Shown in pieces: positions 58,395-64,000 of a stretch of 64,000 nt of DNA (position 1 is its first letter; each line of letters begins with the position of its first letter). The notes below the pieces were generated by a model that was not told where the DNA came from, ran no database searches, and was given only the letters and a program-made list of their open reading frames with translations. Source of the DNA: Bugula neritina (taxonomy: Eukaryota > Animalia > Bryozoa); the NCBI GenBank assembly GCA_964035545.1, contig OZ037773.1:6291751-6355750 (forward strand), written 5' to 3'. Both the position numbers and the translations under genes were made by a program.

Positions 58395-61276
58395 ATGTCT
58401 AAAACAAACACTGTAGGTGCAGTTAACAAAGAGTACAGGGCCATGGAAGGTAGGTGACTGCTCTGCTCTTTTCTACTAAAATTACTTTTTGGTAGTTTCA
58501 GTTATGATTTAATTTTTAGGCTCTACATAAGTTTTTGCTTTTAGTCTGTGTGATTATTTCAGTGTAATACTATTATAAAAGGTTTCTTAAAAGCCTTTTG
58601 GTGTTAATTTAAAGCTTAAAAGCTTATCCTTTGTGTGGTCAAAGTTAATGAAAGCACTGGCTTAATAGAAAGAGTCTTGAACCTGTCTGTGTTTTATTAG
58701 TTGTGTTTATTTAGGAGATAAAACCATTAAAGCCTTTTCTAAGAAACACTCTAATTATAGAGATTAAACATCAAAAACAAAAAAATTGAAGTGTACTGAA
58801 ATTTATACTCTGATTGATTCCAATTCACCAAAAGTAGATCAGAGTAAAAGAAAAATCTAGTTTTTATATTTTTGTCTTATTTGTATCGCATTATAACTAT
58901 TTCATTAAAGAAACTTGGCTGTAACATATTAGAATTTCTAGAACTTTGCTTAATATAAGGAAGTGCAGCATAATGTATTCTTATCTAACAACTCTTGTCT
59001 TTCTCTTTAACCCCTCTTTAATTTATTTCCACTTTTAACAATTGTATATCTCTTGTTTCTTATTAAATATATATTATATAGAACTTGTAATACTAATTTT
59101 CGTCAATTTCAACTTTTCTGTGTCGTTTTCAAGTAAAGAAAACTCAGCATTTCATTACTCAGAATTAATTCATCTAGACAGCTTCAGACCAACTAGGCAA
59201 ATTATTTTAGTTTTCCATAAAAACGCATGAGATCAATCAGTTAACATTAAGCACGTTCAATACAACTTGGTGTCATCCCAGATAGACACTTCCAGTATGT
59301 TAGACACTAGGCTAAATTTCCCACTTAGACGCTTCCCACATGAACGCTTCCTAGTTAGACACTATTTGTTTATTTTGGTACAGTACATATTCCCCCCCCC
59401 CCTGCAATTTATTTGAATATTGTTGAAATATATGTATATCTACATAAACTTGGATCAATTGTTTGTTATTTAGCACATAAATAAATTCCTTTGATCTGCG
59501 TTAACTTATTAATTTTACATCTTCTATACTTCTTGTTGTTTGAAAAGATATTTCGTTATTAAGTATTCATTAATAGTATAAATGTCTATTATTAAATTTA
59601 ATGTATTACTTTTTTGTCCCACATAAATCTGTGAAAATTGGAATATTATTCCAGATAATTCATATTATATCTATTATTTCACATTTAGCAATCGATACAA
59701 CAGTTATATAGGTACGTACCAAAATCCAAAATAACATCCGACTGGGAAGAATCTATCTAGGATGAAACCTGCCACCTCAACTATATATACTTTTTATTGG
59801 CCACAAAACTATCTTTCCTAGTTAAATTAAGATCAACCGGAAAGTTAACATTTTAGTAGAGACACTAATGCAGCATGTTTTCTTACAGTTGAACCTGGTA
59901 CAAAGATTAGGCCAGAGCCAGCTGTTTTAACAGATAACAGCTTGCACACACTGGCAAAGGAAATAGACTCAGATTTACGGTTTATCATGTTGCTTTGTAT
60001 TCCGACAACCAGAATTATACAGATGAAAGACGATGCAGGTTGGGTAACTCGTTCTTTCTGAAGCAGTTGATTGCAGCTTTAATTTATAGATTTTAGGCTA
60101 AACACCAAAGATTTCAAATTATATTGGCACTTGTATAAAATAGTATTAAAAATATGCATGTTTTTGCATCAATCTTTTAAAATGTTAATTATAGAGGTTC
60201 ATAATTATATTATATATTAGCAAATATAAAAAAGACTATGCTAAATAAATCAATAAATATTTTGTTATTTAGTATAGCTGAAGATTCCTTTACGTATTTA
60301 GCTAAGGTTCTACATTGAGCGGTTTGGTTCATCTCTAGACAATAGCTATATATTGGTGTTATATTTACAGAAAACAATGGATGGCCACCCAGTCTTCTCA
60401 CCCATCAAATGCTGCTGGAATGGAAAGCTGCCAGAGCTACAGCCAAGGATAAAGATAAGGTTCGGTCACATGTTTCACTCAACAATCTATTGAATTGTTT
60501 GTATCCCATCAAATGTTTAAAACACTATTCTGAAACACTTTAACTTGAGAACATAACTTTGACTTGAAAAGACTTGGTACCACAGAAAAGAACCTATTAC
60601 ACAACGTTCTCGTAGCTAACAAACCCCTTTTTAATTAAATTAAGCGTACTTTATCATTATTATTATTAACTTAGAATACAAAATTCTATACTAGGATGTA
60701 TAAAGTACAGCCCTAAAGGCAAGTGCTAATGAGTTAAAATTGATTTATATTTGGAAGTAAAGCTACAGTGTAATGGTGGCTTATAAACTGCTTTCAACTG
60801 CTCAGTTATATATTCATTTTACCAAAACTACTAGAAACATGATCTCATTCGTTAAGACACTGTTCTAAGAAAAGCTGTAAGATTAGCTTGTTGATTTTAT
60901 GCAGATTGCATCCTCACATTATAATTAGTGTAACTTCCAATTACCAGATATTCAGTGTATTGTACAACAGATGAGACAATAACTGTTGGGTTGCACTATT
61001 TCTCATTCCTATACTTGCCTTGATTTAAATATAATATAACAGCTAGTGGTTGCGTTTGATATAAAGTTGGGAGTTATTATTCCAACCTCTCCTCCCCAGA
61101 TTCAAGGTTATCCAAGTGTATCATAACCACTTAATAGTTGATAGTATATGTTTCATATACAGGTGGCAGATTTAGAAAAAGCCTTGAGAGAAGTTGGAAA
61201 GCACGAAGTAGCAGACGTATTTATGGACAGACACCGTCAGAATATTGACATCACACCAGATGCATTCCAGTCTTAA
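58395..61276 (+). CDS. Small death-domain-only protein, ~135 aa
   Basis: Exons 58395-58449, 59889-60038, 60371-60459, 61163-61276 (408 nt in frame). LTDNSLHTLAKEI...LLCIPTTRIIQMKDD...HQMLLEWK...KVADLEKALREVGKHEVAD follows the death-fold pattern. AATAAA at 61363-61368. Confidence 0.8.
59269..59769. mobile_element. Unclassified ~500-bp element with ~28-bp imperfect TIR
   Basis: ggtgtcatcccagatagacacttccag versus the reverse complement of ctgggaagaatctatctaggatgaaacc. Subterminal tagacacttccc-like repeats; no clear TSD. Confidence 0.55.
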
Positions 61277-62462
61277 AAGGAATCTTGAGTATATTTTTTA
61301 AGAATTTCTGCCGATCCTCTTCATTAAATAACACACGATCATTTAGTTTTATACAGTTTACAAATAAATGCTCAAACTATTATTATCTGACATTAGATTG
61401 AATCATTCTGTTTGTGGGATTTTGCTTATGCATGCCGGCCCTTCTCTGTGTTCTTTTCACCAAAGCTGTATCTAGAGGAGTCTTTCTATATACACTTTTA
61501 TGTGCTGTACTTATATGCATGTTTTTTCAAATATATGTAAAAAAACTCTAAGGCTAAAAACAAGATTGAAGGCCAAAGCTATAGGAATTATAATACTTCA
61601 CTGGTTTAAAATGTCTACTCCAGTTTAGCGTTACTTAGGAACCTGTTGAGTAGCAAAATTAGGGGTGCAGATCAGAAACTAAAGTGAATTTTTTTTATGC
61701 TTACAGCAAAATACTACAATATGAATCTCTAACATCTCAGACACACTTCTATAAAAAATGAAAGAGTTGGAAATATAACACGTGGTTTACAAGTAATTAG
61801 AAACTAGTATATTAAGCCATAACATAAACATTAAATATATGAAACACATAGTTCATGGTACATTACATATTACACTACCTACAGCATCCTGTACACATGT
61901 AGCCTCTAGGTTAAAGACAAATGTGATAAATTCTAACTCAATAAAACAGGAAACTTTATTAACTGTATAACAGTTAGACTCAAATAACACAGTGCACATT
62001 GTCCCATGATTAAATACTATACTTAAGGTTGTAAGCAACGGTCTGTACTATGCACAATGGTACCGTAATAAAGCCTACACTGATCAGCTTGAATAATTCA
62101 CACTGAAAATGAGCCTAAAGACTTGAAAAATAACCAACATCAGTTTATTTCTGCTCAGTATGACGAGGCACTGTCACTGTCAGTACTAACGGGGAATCAC
62201 CGCCGGCATCACTTCACATAGCTAGCAGCAAATAAATAGTTTGAGTCATTTCATAGTTTAGAAAAGAGTAGAAGTCGAAGCGAGTCCCTGAACTGAAGCA
62301 ATATTCCTAGTAGTGTCCATGTAATACCACACAGAGCTGCAGCACCAGCGTAGACGAAGGAATAGTAAGAGTGCAAAGAGTTATCTCCCCGCCATATGAC
62401 TGTCCACGCACTCCCTGTTATTGCAGTGGCTATGCGCTCCTAGCTCCTCCCTTAGCTGTTTG

Positions 62463-64000
62463 CTAGTTGTCTCCTCCTTGCTTGATTTGAAGAAGATTAT
62501 CGCAGATAGTGGTCAGCTCTCGGACTTCGCCTTCCTGGAACATCACGCAAACAGGTTACTCAACCTCGGCACTACTAACATACACGGCTGACCTCAGCAC
62601 CACTAACATACACGGCTGACGCAAACAGAAATAACTAGACAATATATGAGAGCAAAGAAATATCATTCTATATTACCCTTATATAATTTTATATTATCTT
62701 GATACCACTCTATACTACCTTCATATCTTTTTATATTACCTTGATATCATTCTATATTACCTCTATATAACTCTATACTACCTTGAAATTATTATATATT
62801 ACTTTGATATCACTCTATATTACCTCTATATAACTCTATACTACCTTGAAATTATTATATATTACTTTGATATCACTCTAAATTACCTTGATATCATTCT
62901 ATATCACCACACTCCACATAACTAGCTCACAGATAACTCCCAGTATGACTACGCCACGCACCACACACACAGATAACTCCCAGTATGACTACGCCACGCA
63001 CCACACACACAGATAACTCCCAGTATGACTACGCCACGCACCACACACACAGATAACTCCCAGTATGACCACGCCACGCACCACACACACAGATAACTCC
63101 CAGTATGACCACGCCACGCACACAGATAACTCCCAGTATGACTACGCCACGCACCACGCACACAGATAACTCCCAGTATGACTACGCCACGCACCACACA
63201 CACAGATAACTCCCAGTATGACCACGCACCACACACACAGATAACTCCCAGTATAACTACGCACCTTTTGAGAGAGTTGATTCTGCTGACTAGAAATCGT
63301 CAGCTCCTGTTTCCTGTTTGCCATTTGCAGCTTCGTCACCTGATTTTGGTGCTCGGCTTTGAGTCTCTGAGTATCTTCATAGCTTCTGGTGAGTTTAGAC
63401 TGGAACTCTGCTTTACACTCCTACAAAACATCACGCAACTGAGTTGGTATCAAACAGGGCGGCTATGAAACTGAGCTATACCAACCAGGGTTGGGGCCAA
63501 TTATGAAACTGAGCTATACCTACAAACTCAGTCTAGATGTAGTAAACCATTTGCCTGCTGGGTACGGACAGCAAACACAAATTTGGCTGGAATTAAAACA
63601 GAGTGTATCTCTAGAGGAAACATACCTAAATACTATTAAAATATACCAAGCAGGAGTTGATTATGGAGAGTAGAGTTGGTTACAGAACATCGTGACCGGG
63701 TAAACCAAGCTACAGGCCCCAGCAGGCTTGTCTCACCAGTTTAGTACTTTGCATCTCTACCATTCATTCCGATTTGAGTTAAATTTCAGTAAAAAGCAAG
63801 TCATAGCAAAGAAACCACACAAGCGAACCAGTAATAAAACAGTAAAGTTAGCTGAGCTGACAAACAATTCAAAGGTCTCTTCACAGTCACACACCCCTCA
63901 GGGTTACACAGCTCAACCCCAGACCCCACCTGAAACTTAGCCGAGTGCTCCGAGATCTTAGCCTGCAGTTCCTGGTTGTGCTGAGTCAGACTCCCCTCTC
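62463..64000 (-). CDS. 3' end of a TACC (transforming acidic coiled-coil) family gene
   Basis: Exons >64000-63930, 63420-63265, 62534-62463: ...EGSLTQHNQELQAKISEHSAKFQECKAEFQSKL...LQMANRKQELTISSQQNQLSQKEGEVRELTTICDNLLQIKQGGDN*. This matches the TACC C-terminus (cf. KENEELTRICDDLI). Confidence 0.82.
62660..62905. repeat. Degenerate AT-rich tandem repeat (tatattaccttgatatca..., with a ~63-bp higher-order duplication)
   Basis: Repeated tattacct/ctctatat units; ~62752-62815 is duplicated at ~62815-62880. Confidence 0.7.
62927..63262. repeat. ~39-bp minisatellite (cacagataactcccagtatgactacgccacgcaccacaca) x~9 abutting a TACC donor
   Basis: Near-perfect tandem units ending at the GT donor (63264-63263). 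Confidence 0.92.

Noticed and set aside
62927-63262. CRISPR-like appearance of the ~39-bp repeats, and ORFs across them
   Set aside because: Head-to-tail units without unique spacers, no cas genes, located in a eukaryotic intron.

Overview
AT-rich, intron-rich animal genomic DNA; the gene families and the insulin type suggest a lophotrochozoan invertebrate (inference). Ten spliced protein-coding genes were reconstructed by hand from splice sites and reading-frame phase. In order: PSMA6 (5'-partial, +); a CUB-LDLa single-pass membrane protein (-); an NmrA/NMRAL1-like protein (+); RAPGEF1/C3G (+, 19 coding exons); a divergent class A peptide-type GPCR (-, one GC-AG intron); a Golgi carbohydrate sulfotransferase (+); an 8-cysteine insulin-like peptide gene nested antisense inside sulfotransferase intron 4; a divergent lipocalin (-); a small death-domain-only protein (+); and the 3' end of a TACC-family gene (-). 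Introns carry non-autonomous DNA transposons (hAT-like with 8-bp TSD, CACTA-like with 3-bp TSD, TA-flanked, Kolobok-like), several MITE families, a tRNA-derived SINE family, a 1.1-kb (TG)n tract and many minisatellites next to splice sites. The best candidate for something undescribed is the nested, atypical insulin-like peptide, whose A-chain exon is absent from the ORF track. All homology calls come from recognised motifs; no database searches were run.
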